Origin: Lama guanicoe
Lineage: Eukaryota
NCBI GenBank assembly: GCA_013239625.1
Contig: MU056063.1
Location: forward strand, 523,360-587,359
Length of the DNA: 64,000 nt
Reading direction: 5' to 3'
Of the stretch, positions 13,271 to 26,580 are shown one piece after another; positions within the stretch are counted from its first letter, which is position 1, and each line of letters begins with the position of its first letter. A model generated the notes under the pieces. The model saw only the letters and a program-made list of their open reading frames with translations, had not been told where the DNA came from and ran no database searches. A program made the translations under genes and the position numbers.

Positions 13271-14957
13271 TTTTAAATAGAGGAGGGGGTTTTGAGTGAG
13301 ACCCTGATATGCTGGGTTACACTTACAGTTACAGTTACTCCGCTGTGTGTGCTTGGTGCTACTGATGAATGAATGATGGAGGACTGTGAGCCCCAGTGCT
13401 GCCCATTTGGATTCAGGCCATGACTAGACGGAAGCCAGGTTTTCAAGCATCAGAGAAAAGAGCAAACCGGGCCTCTATCCATCACTCCTCATCCTTGGCC
13501 CAGGCACCAAGGGATCCCCGGCACAGGTGAGCAGTTGAAGTAACTCTCCTCTCCCTGCCCTCCCTGCAGGAAAGGAGGGTGAGACATTCTCCAGACCATC
13601 TCTCTAAGCAGGGCCTCCTGCTCAGCCTGGAGCTTTGGCCAACCCTGAGCTCAGGACATCTTCATCAGGAAAGCATCAGGTGTGCGGGTTGGCTGCGGCC
13701 TCCGTTTAATTTTCAAGATTTGGCGTTCATCCCAACAGGGAAATAGATGAGCAACATTGTGAAGAGCAGACCCGAGAAAGTAATGACCGTGACGGCCACA
13801 GTCAGCCCCAAGTTTCTATCTCATGGGACGCCCCACCCAGTAAGTGCCTGGGCTGCCAGCTTGATCTTGCTCTGGGGTTGGGAGAGGGGCCACAGGTGCC
13901 GCTGGACCTTGCCCTCAATCCACTCACTCTTCTCTCTGGGGCGGGAATCCTGCACCCAGTCCCTATACACCCTCGATTACCCAGCCCTGGGATGAGAAGC
14001 AGGGCTGCCCAGCAGGAACTGTCATTAACACCTGACTCCAAAAAGCAGGCGGGCTGTGAGGAAGACCTTCCTCACCCTGATTGTAGAAAGAGGAGAGTTA
14101 AAAGGGAGCTGTTACAGAAGCTTCAGCTCCTGCCCGCATCCAGCAGATCATAGTGGATTTGTGTATGTCGGAATGAGAAGGGGAACAGCCCTGCAGCCTC
14201 CGCCCATACCAGGACCCAGCCCACCCCCAGCAGGCCGGTAACAGCTCTGAGACACCTTGGACCCTCAGCTAGCTGCTCCGGGATCCAGCCCCACTCACTA
14301 GTGAGCTAACATCAGTTTGGGGACACCCCAGAACCTGCAGCCAGTGCTGTCAGGAGCTGGTTCTGCCCACCAGCAGGTCAATACTAGATCTGGGAACCCT
14401 GGCCCCAAAACTACCCAGTCCAGAACCCAGCTCTGCCCACCAGTGGCCCAGCACGAGACCCGGTACCCCTGAAGCCTTGCAGCCAGCAGCCTCATGAACA
14501 GGCCCCAGCAACCAATGGCAGACAGCCTCTGCACAAGGCAGGGCCTGGGAACCAAACAGACTGGAGGCTGCCAGACCTACCAGACCCTCCACACAGTCAG
14601 CCCACCACAACAGAAGGACCAACGCAGACCAAATAGGGGTACCCCTAGAGCACATGGCTCTGGTCACCAGAGGGGAGCACACTGTTGGGACACACAGGAC
14701 ATCTCATACAAAAGGCCACTTCTCCAAGGTTAGGAAACATGCCCACCCTACCAGATACATCCAAATAAAAACAGCAGATTAGGCAAAATGAGGCAACAGA
14801 GGAATATCTTCCAAACAAGGGAACAGGCCAAAACCCCAGAAGAAGAGCTAAGTGACTTGGAGATAGACAGTGTACCCTATGGACAGTTCAAAGTAATGAT
14901 CATGAAGATGTTCAAAGAACTCCGGAGAAGATTGGATAACAAGAGTGAGAAGCTAAG

Positions 14958-15090
14958 AGGAGGAGGGGATAGCTCAAGTGGTAGAGCACACGTCTAACAT
15001 GGATGAGGTCCTGGGTTCAATCCCCAGGTCCTCCTCCAAACATAAAGAAACAAATAAGCTAACTACCTACCCCACCCAAAAAGGGGAGGG
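14958..15090 (+). mobile_element. Vic-1-like SINE nested in L1 ORF1
   Basis: Head and tail consensus; GTGAGAAG(C/T)TA TSD. Confidence 0.88.
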
Positions 15091-15524
15091 GGTGAGAAGT
15101 TAGAAGTTTTCAACAGAGAAAACAAAAAGAAGAACCAAACAGAAATGAAGAATATAGCAACTGAAATGAAAAGTACCCTAGAAGGAACCAACAGTAGTTT
15201 AATGCTATAGAGGAACAGATCAGTGAGCTAGAAGACAGAGCAGCAGACAGTGATAGTGAACTGAAAAATGAAAAGAAATGAGAACAGTTTAAGAGACCTC
15301 TGGGCCAGCATCAAGCATACTAACATTTGCATCATAGGGGTCCCAGAAGGAGAAAAGAGAAAAGGGCAGAGAACACATTTGAAGATGTAATAGCTGAAAA
15401 CTTCCCTAACCTGAAAGAGGAAACGGACATCCAGGTCTAGGAAGCACAGAGAATCCCAAATAGGATCAACCCAAAGAAGACCACACCAAGACACACTGTG
15501 ATTAAAATGGAAAAATTTAAGATA

Positions 15525-15650
15525 GTGGGGAGTGTATAACTCAAATGGTAGAGCGCATGCTTAATGTACACAAGGTCCTGGGTTCAATCCCCAGTACCTC
15601 CTCTAAAAATAAAAAAGTAAACCTAATTACCACCCCCTCAAATTTTTTTT
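15525..15650 (+). mobile_element. Vic-1-like SINE nested in L1 ORF1
   Basis: 13-bp TSD AAAATTTAAGATA (15512-15524 and 15651-15663). Confidence 0.9.
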
Positions 15651-16569
15651 AAAATTTAAGATAAAGAGAGTCATAAAAGCAAAAGGGAAAAGCAACTAGT
15701 TACATATAAGAGAATTCCCATAAGGCTGTCAGCTGACTTTTGAGTAGAAACTCTGCAGGCCAGAAGGGAGTGGCCAGCTTGTTGGATACACACTGTTCCC
15801 CATATTGGAGGCCTTCCCCTAATGTTCCCGGGCCCCGTGCTGACCTCCAGGGAGCTGTCCCCATGCCAGGGTCCTGCTGTCCAGCTGGGGTCTCAGGCTG
15901 TCTTCCCCTGAGTGTGGCCAACCGAGAGACTACTCCATGTGACCCAGCCAGGGATGCTGGGGACACACTGCCCTGCAGGGGCAGAACCACGCCACCCTGG
16001 GCAGATGCACACTTTATCACTACAGTATTCATATGATCATTGCTGTCTTTATGGGTGCCTTCTCTTCTTTCTACTGGGCATTTTAAACCTCCCTGGAGGG
16101 ACCAAGCCTCATCAAAATTTGAAATGCCATGCACAGATGAACACCGCAGATCATGGGAGACTGGCCCATGGGTCCTCGAAATGGTCTCCGGGAATCTGTT
16201 GTCTGGGCAGCTTATCTGGGAGACCTACCCGGCCAAGACCCACAGCCCAGGCCGTTCTGTCGCTGAGAGATAACTTGGCGTGTCTCCCCCAGCCCTCACA
16301 GCCTGCTCCCGGCTCTGAACCCCACTGCACTATCTGGTGTGTCACCACGCTAGCCCTGAGTTGGTTCTGTCTCCCCACTTGTCTTTGAGCTCCAACAAGG
16401 CCAGGCTGTGTCTCGGGCCGTGGAGGAGGGTGGGGTGTAAAGGGAGGATCACTGAGGGGGACAGGGAAGGCTTGGGACCCTGTCCCTGCTCTGCGAGGTA
16501 CGCTGTAGACCCTCCAAGCCTTTCTTTTAAAAACCTGGATAAGGGGAGGAATAGTACCTGCCTACTTTG

Positions 16570-16860
16570 TAGCCAGTAGCCACGTGTGGCAGGTGAGAAC
16601 TTGAAGTGTGTCTTGTCCGAATGCAGATGTGCTCCAAGTGTAACGTACACACCAGACAGCAAAGCTTAATACCAGAAATAAATACAAAATCTCTCAATAA
16701 TGTTTATATTCATTACCTGTTGAAATAATATTTTTGATATATTGGGTTAAATCAAATATATCATTAAAACTACTTTCACCTGTGTCTTTTTACTTTTTAA
16801 AATGTGGCCACTGGAAAAATGACAATTACATATGGGCTCGAATTATACATCCATCGGAGA
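16570..16860. mobile_element. MER3/MER33-type hAT-Charlie element
   Basis: GTAGCCAGTAGCCACGTGTGGC...GATATATTGGGTTAAAT...AAATGTGGCCACTGGAAAA. Confidence 0.75.
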
Positions 16861-18368
16861 GCGCTAGCGGAGAAAACCAAGGCGGCATGGAAGAGAGCTA
16901 ATCGGATGGACAGAATAGTTTCCTATTCAGAAGCATTAGGATGCTTCCTCTGTTCCCCACTTCTGCCTGAACCCTGAAGAATGCGGGCTTGAAAAAATAC
17001 CAGTCAAACTTAAAAGTCTTGGAATATTTCAGCTGAAAGTTTCGGCAAGTCCAGACCTCCCCACCCCACCCAGTGCAGATAAAGAAATTGAGACTTGGAG
17101 CACATGAATAGATACCCTGAATAGATACAGCCAGCAGGATGATTCCTTCCCCAGGAGTTTAGGGACTTTTCTGTCCCTGTATCCATTTTTAAATATCTTT
17201 TTTAAAATTAGCTTTTATTTTGATAAAACTGCTTTTATTTCTGTCACTCATGGAGTCTTTCTCCCTGTCTCTGCCCGGGTCTCCTCAGTGACCTGGTAAC
17301 AAGGGAGCTCTAGGTTCCCAGTACATACAAAGGCCCTGGGGTCGACAGAGGCCAGTTCAAACGGCCCTGGACAGGAAAACACCAAGCCCAAGTGACGTTA
17401 TTCTCCCTGGACTTCAGCTTGCTGGGCTTGTAAAATGGGCCTCTCTTTACCTTGTGTTTACCTTGGGGCAAAGGCCCAATGAGGGAAGAGCCCTACATGT
17501 TAAGTTTTTTTGTAGGTTAATTACCTGTTGGAAACTTGTGAGTCTCACATGCTATTATTAATGGATAAGATGAATGAGCAAATGTTTGAGCATAAATCCT
17601 CACGGGGCTTGTCAGCCGGCAGCAGCAGCTGCAAACTAGAGGCATCTGAGAGTCTGAGTTCATCCAGCCCACGTTTTAGAGGAGAGAAGACTGAGGCCGC
17701 AGGGGAGGAGGGGACGGGGCTGCCCAAGCCCGGAGGCCCAGGCTGCAGACAGCTGGGACAGCACTCCGTCCCTGCTTAGCGTCCTCCAGCCACACTGCTT
17801 GGAAGCTTTGAATCTTCTTTTCTAATCACAAAGGAGTCTTTTAGGATGTTTCGAAAATACACAGAAAAAATACCCATCACCCAATCTCCTCCCCAACCCT
17901 GCAACCCGATATGATTCCATCAGTGGATTAGCACCTTTACTTAAGTTGTCTTTTTTTCTACTCATGTTAACATCTATGTACTTTTGCTCTTACAAAAATG
18001 TGACACTACTGCAACATTTTGTATTTTTTCCCCTCGGAATAAATAAAAAACATTTTTCCAAGTGAAATATCTTTTTACACTATTACTACATTATCATTAA
18101 TGACGACATGGTATTCCATGGAATGAACGTTTAACTGACTCCTCATTAGTGGGCACTGGGGGGTTTCTCGTTTTCCTCTATTATAATAATGCTACAATAA
18201 GCATTCTTGCAGATATTTTTTGCATATTTATGATTATTCTCTTTTTAAGGTTATTTGTAATGTTGACAATTGCCTCTTCAAAATGTTATAACTTCACATC
18301 TCTAGAATGGGAGAAAATCTTTGAACCATGGAATCAGATAAGGGGTTAATATCCAAAATGTACAAGAA

Positions 18369-18527
18369 GGGGGTGGGTTATAGCTCAGTGGTAGAGTGCA
18401 GGCTTAGCATGCACGAGGTCATGGGTTTGATCCCCAATACATTTGTTAAATAAAAAATATTAATAACAAATAAATAAGCCTGAAAATCTCCCCCCCAAAT
18501 TCTTTAAATAAAAAATAAATTTTAAAA
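18369..18527 (+). mobile_element. Vic-1-like SINE
   Basis: TATAGCTCAGTGGTAGAGTGCAGGCTTAGCATGCACGAGG head and A-rich tail. Confidence 0.85.
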
Positions 18528-18959
18528 ACCCCACATTGTATGCCTTAAATATATACAATGTTTTGTCACTCATACCTTAATAAATTTGGAAAGAAATCAC
18601 TGTAAAAGGATGTTTAATTTCTTTCAGTGATAGTAGAAGTGCGGGGAAAAGATGTTAATCTTTTGTCACACATATTACAACTCTTGCTGATGCTTTTTCA
18701 TAGTGCCTTATGGTGTTTTTCATGATTGTAGAGTTGTCTCTTAGTATTTCCTTTATTGTTCCTGATTTGTGTGGTTAACAAAGTTTTTACACAGTAAGGA
18801 CAAGAATTTATCTGTGTCTCCTTCTAAACCTTAGGAAAGATTCTACTTATTAAAATTTATATTGTATCTAACGTGGAATTATTTTGGCTGTGGTATGACT
18901 CAGAAGCTAATTTCATTTTTCTGTTCCTTCTGAATGATTCTTCCAAGTAACCCTTTATC

Positions 18960-19163
18960 CCAGGGCTTCTCAGCAGCGGCACTCCTGACATCGGGGCCGG
19001 GTAACTCTGATGTAGAGCTTGTCCTGCACATTGTAGGATGCTTAGCAGCATTCTGGTGTCTATCAAATTCCGGCAGCATTTCCCCAGTTGTGACAACCGA
19101 AAATGCCTCTAGACATTGCTCAGCATCCGTAGGAGACAAAATCGTCCCCAGTTGAGAACCACC
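18960..19163. mobile_element. MER20 DNA transposon
   Basis: CAGGGCTTCTCA...CCCCAGTTGTGACAACC...GTTGAGAACCAC. Confidence 0.8.
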
Positions 19164-19999
19164 GATTTATCCTTCCTCGGAAATGATACCATTTCTACCA
19201 CGAAGTACATTCTTATGGATCATGTACACTTGGGTGCGTTTCAGGACTTTCTATTCAGTTTCAATTATTTGATGTCTATTTGACATCTAGTCCCCCCTTC
19301 ATTATTGTAGTCTTGTATTAACCTGGGATCAGGTTACACTCCTGCTCTCCCAGTCTCTCATCTGCACGCCTTCACAGTGGATGCTTCATCTTACTGAAAG
19401 GAACAAAGGAGACCCGAGCCGAATCTGGAGCGGGGGAGGCCCCCCACTGCCTATCAGGGAGGCCCACAATGGGTGGAGCAGGCCGGTCCAGGGCTGCCTG
19501 AGGCCGATAAGAGAAAAGGCGCCTCTTAGGATCTGGGCGCCACCTCCCCAGGCTCATCTGGTGAGACCCAAAAGAAAGGAGCTACAGAGAAGAAAAACAG
19601 GAAGAGGAGGCAGGGCTTGGCACTGCTGGCATCACTCACTCAGGGGGCTGCGGGCAGGAAGCAGGGAACGAGATGCTTGGGGTGACTTACAGCGCAGCGA
19701 GGGACGCTGAACAGAGCCCTGCAGGGACTTGGCCCTTGAAGCCCGGTGGGCGGGTCAGATTTTCACACACATTACTGTTCGAGGTTCCCCCTCGATTCTG
19801 GGAAGGAAGGGTCTACCTCTGCAGGCACTACGCCTGAGATAAATAGGTCAGGGCTGCCTCCTCCCTCGAGCCCACAGCCCACAGCTTCTAGAATTCTCAG
19901 AAGAGCCATGGCCATGATTCTCCAGTTGTCTCCCTCGACGTTGGAGACAACAGCTCAGATCAAAGACTCTAGTGACAGGCTTCCCAAGGGTTCCAGGTG

Positions 20000-20420
20000 G
20001 CATGGTGTCAGTTCTAAGAAATAGGAAACCTGCCTCAAACTGGCTTAAACAATGAATGAAATTTATAGGCCCAGGTGACAGAAAGTCCACAGGGAGGCTG
20101 CCTCTAGCAGCTTGATGACATTACAAGGACCTGTTTCTTTCCTGAGCTCCCCACTGTCTTCCTCCTTGTTGGTGGCATCCTTGGTAGAGGCTTGGGGCCC
20201 CCAGATGGATACCTGAGGCTGCCCAGTTGCCTTTGGATTTGCTGATAATCACACAGCAGAAACCCCTTTGCCCCAGAATTCCCAGCAGAAGTCCTGACAT
20301 TCATTTTGATTAGACTGGTTCACGCGTCCATCCAGGAGGATAGAATTGGCTTGATTTGACCAGTTTGGAGCTGGGACCACTTGAGTCCCCAGCAGAAATC
20401 TGGGGCTGCTGGGAAGGGGA
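20000..20420. mobile_element. MLT1K/L-like MaLR LTR
   Basis: AAACCTGCCTCAAACTGGCTTAAACAA...TGATTAGACTGGTTCACG. Confidence 0.5.
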
Positions 20421-22259
20421 AGAGGCAAGGGCTGCTGAGACCCCCCGATGTGTCTGCTGCACCGGGCTTCCAGAAGGCACTGGGAGGGAAGCAGCCTGGA
20501 GACCGAAATCCGGAAAGAAATACTGTGTCATAGGGGAAAATTAGCCCCTTACCTCAAAGGTAGACTCGGAACATCATTTGCCTTTTATAACACCTTACCA
20601 CTTCTTCCCAAGCTCAGGATACAAAATCTCTGTCAGTCCCTAAAGGAATGTAAGCCCAGGAAATGCATGTGATCGAAATCAGGAGCGAGACCCCCAACAT
20701 CGGACAAAGTCAGGTTCTCACTGCCTGTTCTGTCCAGGGCCTCCATGAAGGGCACCCACAAGCTCTAAGCGACAGGGGCCACGTCACAGTGTTTCGTCCG
20801 GGAAACAATCTCCAGCTCTCATAGCAAAGTGCCCTGGTGATGCAGGCTGGCCCGTCGTAGCCACAGTCCTTCCTGAGATGCTCACCTGTGCCCTGGTGCC
20901 AGGAGGGATGTGCAGCAGGAAGCATGCGAGGAGCACGCCCCAGCCTGCTGTTAGCCCAGCGGCTTTGCAAAAGCAATGTCTGGAACAGCTTATCTTCTCA
21001 AAACGTGTTTCCCATCTGCTTGTTCCAGCAATTTTGTGTCATCAAGCAGATCAGTGGCTCCTACCCATGAACTTTGCTCTGTTCAACACAAAGTTCTGCA
21101 AGATGGCAGCGGGGGAGTGAGGGTAGGGGGCAAACCAAGGCTTAACCTGTTCTGACAACATGATGCCTCAGAGTTCCTCCTGCGGTCAGGGTCCACCACA
21201 CTGCCGTAGACCATGGGGTTGCCCCGGGACGCCAGAGTTGCATGCCAGGCATTCAGGAAAAGGCAACATTGTCAATGTCCTTGTAATTATGCCTGCAAAT
21301 CAGACTGTGTTTAATCCAACACTGCATCTTGGTTCATTGATATGGGCGATCTTACCAAGGGTCTAATATCCCAGCAATAAAACTCCAGAAGTGGGTGACA
21401 GAGGCGTCTCCACCATCTACAATGCGAACCATCACCTCTCTGTTCTGTATTTTCCCCCTCCATCAATCACCACTTCTCTTTATTGGCTTCAAAGACCCTA
21501 AAAGGACAGGTCACAGATTTCATGGTAAGGACTCTTTTCTCCGAGTATACGAAGAAGTCTCAATGGTGCTGTCTCTGTGGCCTCCAGATCTTCTACTGGC
21601 TGCAGATTCTTCTAAAGGAGCTTGTGCCAAAGCACACAGCAAAGGTTGTTTCAACGCTCCTTAAATAAGTTTCCTAGCGCTCATTTACTCAGGGAGGGGC
21701 AGTCCAGTGGACATCCTGCGATCTCATTTATCTCAGATTTGGAAACGCTCCTGCCTTACCTGTGGACTGTTTTTTCTTTGTACGGGCACAGCTAAACTGT
21801 CGTCCTTTGCTTTTAATGTTCTCCATTACAGTAACGACACATTCCCCGGTGTGCTGCTGCCTGTACGACCTTGGGTTGTTCCCTAACCTCTAGGATGCCT
21901 TAGTCCTTTCTCGGCTGTGACTTCCTGACTGAGTTATTGTGAGCATTCAATGAGTTACAGCAAACTGAGTGCTAAATGGATGTGAACTCTGACTAACTTT
22001 GCACCAACCTAATTATTGATTTTCCTTTGACCACATCCATCTCAAAATTATGACACAGAATACCCAAATTGTATCTATTTCATAATTACATATTTAATTA
22101 GAAACTAAACATGCAGCTAAAGCAAAGACTAGAACAGGACATGGAAAAATGCAAATAGGAGACTGGGAGTCAGGGGTAGGTGGTTTTATAATGTACTGTT
22201 TGTACAACATGGGAAAAGTCTATTCAAAATAGTCATATTTGTGGATTTAAAATTTTGAG

Positions 22260-22352
22260 CGGGAAAGGTATAGCTCAAGTGGTAGAGTGCTTGTTGGCAT
22301 GCACGAGGTCCTGGGTTCAATCCCCAGTACCTCCTCTAAATAAATAATAAAA
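22260..22352 (+). mobile_element. Vic-1-like SINE
   Basis: Head consensus plus AAATAAAT tail. Confidence 0.85.
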
Positions 22353-22439
22353 TATTTGAAATGAGTGAAATATATTTTGCCCATGAAGAATAAAAAAAAT
22401 CTTCCCTTCAGTTTCTGCCTTGGCTATAGTTCCAGGGAC

Positions 22440-22935
22440 CTACTGTCACATAGCAAATGACACCAAAAGTAAGCAGCTCAAAACAATCACCTTGTTTTGC
22501 TCACGGTTTGGAGGCTTGGGAATTTGGAGAGAGCTCAGCTTGACTGCTCTTCTCTGCTCTTTGGGACAGCGGGTCAAGTGTCTCCACTGAGGATGGAGAA
22601 TCAGCTCCCAGCGCGGCTCATCCCCATGGCTGACAAGTTGGGGCTGGCTGTTGAGGGGGAACCTTGGTTCCTCTCCGTAAACCTGCCCGGGCTGCCTCAC
22701 AACACAGCCGCCCCAAGGTAGTCAGACTTCTTACATGGCAACTACCTTTTCCCGAGACCAAGTGTTCTCAGAGACAGGAGGTAGAAGCTGCCAGCCTCTA
22801 AAGGCCTGGACCTGGAAATGGGCTGTCACTTCTGCCAAATTCTATGACTCAAAGCAGAGACAGCCCACCCAGATTTAAGGAGAAGGGACACAGACTCCAC
22901 CTCTATGGGAAGAGGGTCAAAGAATCTGTGGCCAC
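22440..22935. mobile_element. MLT1G/H-like MaLR LTR
   Basis: CAAAAGTAAGCAGCTCAAAACAA...TTGCTCACGGTT...GTCAGACTTCTTACATGGC...GACTCCACCTCT. Confidence 0.7.
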
Positions 22936-23289
22936 TCTTAAGAGTAACCCTTTCCTTAGGCCAGCTTGCATGCTGGTGCGACACACAAGGCATTAATTAC
23001 CATGTCATACCTGGTACACTTCCTCTCTTATTCCCTCCTAAGTCCTGGTCCTTTGCCCAGTTGTCATCTCTCACACCTGCTGATGCTCATCTCCAGTTAT
23101 GAATTCAGGAGCTCTACCATGTTGCAATGAATTCCTGTTAATCAAGAGCTTTGGCTTCTGGTAGACGTGCGTTAGAATCATGGCTGTAAGCCTGGACAAA
23201 TTACTTAGTATCTGACACTCAATTTCCTCACCGGAAATAAGAAACCTACTTCATAAGACTGCTGGAAGGATAAACAGATAATATAATTG

Positions 23290-24080
23290 GCAAAAATTTT
23301 AAAGTCTAACAATGCCAAGTGTTGGCAAAGGCATAGAAAGTGGAACTCTTAGACACTGATGAGAACATATCCTGCTTCAGAGGAGAGGGTGTAGCTCAAG
23401 TGGCAGAGCGCATGCTTAGCATGCATGAGGTGCTGGGTTCAATCCCCAGTACTTCCTCAAAGAATAAATAAAGAAGTAAACCTAATTACCTCCCCCCACC
23501 AAAAATAAAACAAAAAACCTATGGAGAATATTATACTGCTTCAATTTTGGAGACCAAGTTGGCAACATATGGTAAGATTAAACATGAACATATACCACAA
23601 TGCAACAGTTCTGCTCCACTCCTAGATTTAGACCCAGAGAAACTCCTGCACAGGTGCCCAAGGAAACCCATACAGGAATACTAATGGAAGCACTGCTTTT
23701 AAATGCTAAAAGTTGGAAACCACCTAAGTGATGACCAGGAAAACATAACAAAACTGTGGTATAGTCATGAATGAGCCAGAACGACATACTAACACGGAGG
23801 ACTCTCACGACCTCCATGCTAAGCGAAAAAAGCAATTTGTATGAAAATTCATGTAGTGTGAGATCATTTACATATAGCTTGAAACATGCAAAACAATGCT
23901 CTATATTATTTAGGGAAACACCAAACACTAAATTCAGTCAGTTGTTACTAGTCTTGAATGGAACAAGGGGGAAAACAGTCCAGGCCCTGGAATCTGAAAC
24001 GATGCGGTGGGTACAAGTGTTCATTATTTTATTCTTTTTATAACCTTCTCTATGTCTGAAATATCTCACATCAAATTTTG
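23290..24080 (+). mobile_element. Old L1ME-like fragment
   Basis: TCTAACAATGCCAAGTGTTGGCAAAG...CCACTCCTAGATTTAGACCCAGAGAAACTC. Confidence 0.7.
23380..23517 (+). mobile_element. Vic-1-like SINE inside an old L1 fragment
   Basis: Head and tail consensus. Confidence 0.88.
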
Positions 24081-25282
24081 AACGTTTTAAAGGCCTATTT
24101 TTAAGTATGTGCAAAGGCTCAGTAGGAACCGCTGTCATTTTCGCTCAGACATTTCACCCCTTGTGACTTTTCTCAACCTCAGGATCCTCTCCTTCACTCC
24201 AGCCTTAAGCTAGAACAAGGGCGTTTCCATTTTTACAGGAGCTCAAATGGGTGTGTGACTAAAGTCATGCGACACCGGATTTCTCTGGCTGCCTGAATCT
24301 GGACCAGCTGAGTCAGACTGGATTTTGAGAACAGTCAACTTTCCTCCCTCCACCCACCCCCTCCCACCCNNNNNNNNNNNNNNNNNNNNNNNNNNNNNNN
24401 NNNNNNNNNNNNACCCAAAGGGAAAGAAATCAAATTTACAAATAAGCCACGTGGTCAAACATGGAGATTGCTGAAAGTGCTGATTTGAAAGCAAGGGATG
24501 CCAATGTGCCTAGTTCGGCTCCTTCATTCCCATCCCATACCGTCCGGAAGGTAACAGAAAGCACCCGTTTACCCCCCGTGACCCCTGGGAGGAACCCAGA
24601 CCTCAGCTCTCCAGGTGAGTTCAGTAGGCAGCCAGGGTTGAGAAGCACTGCCCACTTGGTCCTCTCAAGAGAAAGACACCCCGAAACACCCAACACCACC
24701 TGCGCCTAAAACACTCATTCATTCCTTCTTATTCCTTCTACAGCTTTTATAATTCAAGTCAATCGTGGATCCAATGGCAGCGAAATGACTGCTCAGGCTT
24801 GGGACTGAGACAGAGTGCCACCTGCCTCCACCACCGTCAGCTCTGCCCAGTTCTTAGTAATCCAACTCCAACTTTTACCTGAGATGTGGCTACTGAAAAC
24901 CACACTTCCCAGAGCAAAGGATGAGGGAGAAAAGAAAGAACGCCAAGTAATAAATGTTCAGGGAGTAAGAAAAATAAGAAATCACCATTTTACAACCAGC
25001 TTGGTAATAACGGATGCAGGCAAGACTCTTTAAAGGAAACTCGAGCCATTGGGTGAAAGACAGCTGGGGCACAGGACAGTCCCCCAGTCTCAAAGTTCCA
25101 CCCCACAGATTAGGTATTCATCCCAAACATACTGTGAAAACGGAGAAGTCTGGCAGGCGCCCCTGTGTTGGTTGTTAAGCTGCCGCACCTCGGCCTCAGA
25201 CCAGCCCTCCGTGCTTTGTGGCGACTCTGGGGCTGGGACTCTCCCGACCCCATGTGTTTGCCGGCGGCTTGTCCTCGTGGTC

Positions 25283-25300
25283 TGCCAGTAGGGGGCGCTG
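25283..25300 (+). promoter_or_regulatory. CTCF consensus site TGCCAGTAGGGGGCGCTG
   Basis: Near-perfect match to the CTCF core CCAGYAGRKGGCRS. Confidence 0.65.
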
Positions 25301-26384
25301 TGAGGAGCCCGCAGGGAAAGGAACTAGTTACTCCTTGTTGCTTCCTCCTCCAGTGAAGGTCACTCTCACATTTTTTCACTCTGACAGCAGCAGGTCCCTC
25401 CCATACAGCAGTTGAATCCTGTCTGCAGTTTTTCAGTCCCACAGAATCTTTACACACCTCTTATGGTGACTAGGTGCCAGCAGGCCCTCCTCAGTGGTTT
25501 GGGTCCCAGGCCCATGGGACACGTCTACTGAGACACCAGCACCAGACCATCAGTGACCCTTCCTCAGAGGTCGGAGTTTCAACTCAAAGCTCTTCTCCCA
25601 GCTTCTTAAGTTTTAATAATTCTAACCTCCCGTCTTTGTTTCCCCAGCCTCTGTGGTTGCTACCTCCATGATAACTTGGTGTTGGCTTTTTGCCATTGCA
25701 GTCACCTGGTTAACACCTGGTGACGCCTAGTTTACAACTCTTATTAAATTCCCTGTGAAAACACCTATGAGGTCTGTCTTGACTGGAGTCTGACACAGAA
25801 ATTGGTACCAAGAGTGGGGGTCATCGCCCACCCTCCGACATGTACATTTATCTCACGGAGGCGTCTAAACTACTCGCTACTCATCAGGACTCTGAGCGAT
25901 CACACATAAAATTACCAATGAGACAACTGACGTCTTTGGGTCCTTGGGTCTTGAGGCAATAATCCCATGTTGAAGATGGAGTGAGACAGAAAGAGCCTGT
26001 CTATCCTGGCGACCAAGCAGCCAGTGCACCATCCCCTGGGCTTCTGTTACTTGGGGGAGAAGTAAATTTTCTTCTATGTTCGTGGGAATTTTTCTGTCAC
26101 CCACCGTTTCACCGAATTCTAATTTATGGAGCCTTACTACACTTTTCCTCAAAGGCAATGCACCAAAACTAAATCCTTCATTTCAGATTTAAGAAATACA
26201 GAAAGGTACAGTTTAGGAAAATTGCTTGTCACACCACCGTCAAGGAGAGATACCCAGGGAATCAATGCCAAGTTCAACATTACCTTGGCAAGGAAAGTTA
26301 CGTATATTTATTTGGAGGATGCGATCAATTAATAAACACTGCTTCAGAGGCACTTCTGAAGTCTCAGCACAGCACACTTGACAT

Positions 26385-26580
26385 GCATTATTTTATTGAA
26401 CCCTCACGAAAATCCTGTGACATAAGTACCATGATTATCACCAATCTTTGGACAAGGGAACTGAGGCTTAAAAAGGTTAAATGACCTCCAGGAAACACAA
26501 CTACAAGTGCTAAGCTGGAATTAGAACCCAGATCGGTCTCGCTCCAAAGCTTAGGTTCATAACCACTGCACCGTACTGCG
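26385..26580. mobile_element. MIR SINE
   Basis: GGGAACTGAGGCTTAAAAAGGTTAAATGACC...GGAATTAGAACCCAGATC. Confidence 0.75.

Larger units (their letters stand above)
14200..15780 (+). mobile_element. Decayed L1 5' UTR/ORF1 fragment interrupted by two SINEs
   Basis: ORF 14788 MRQQRNIFQTREQAKTPEEELSDLEI...FKVMIMKMFKEL and downstream IIGVPEGE, IAENFPNL and RINPKKTTPRH are L1 ORF1p motifs. Confidence 0.88.
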
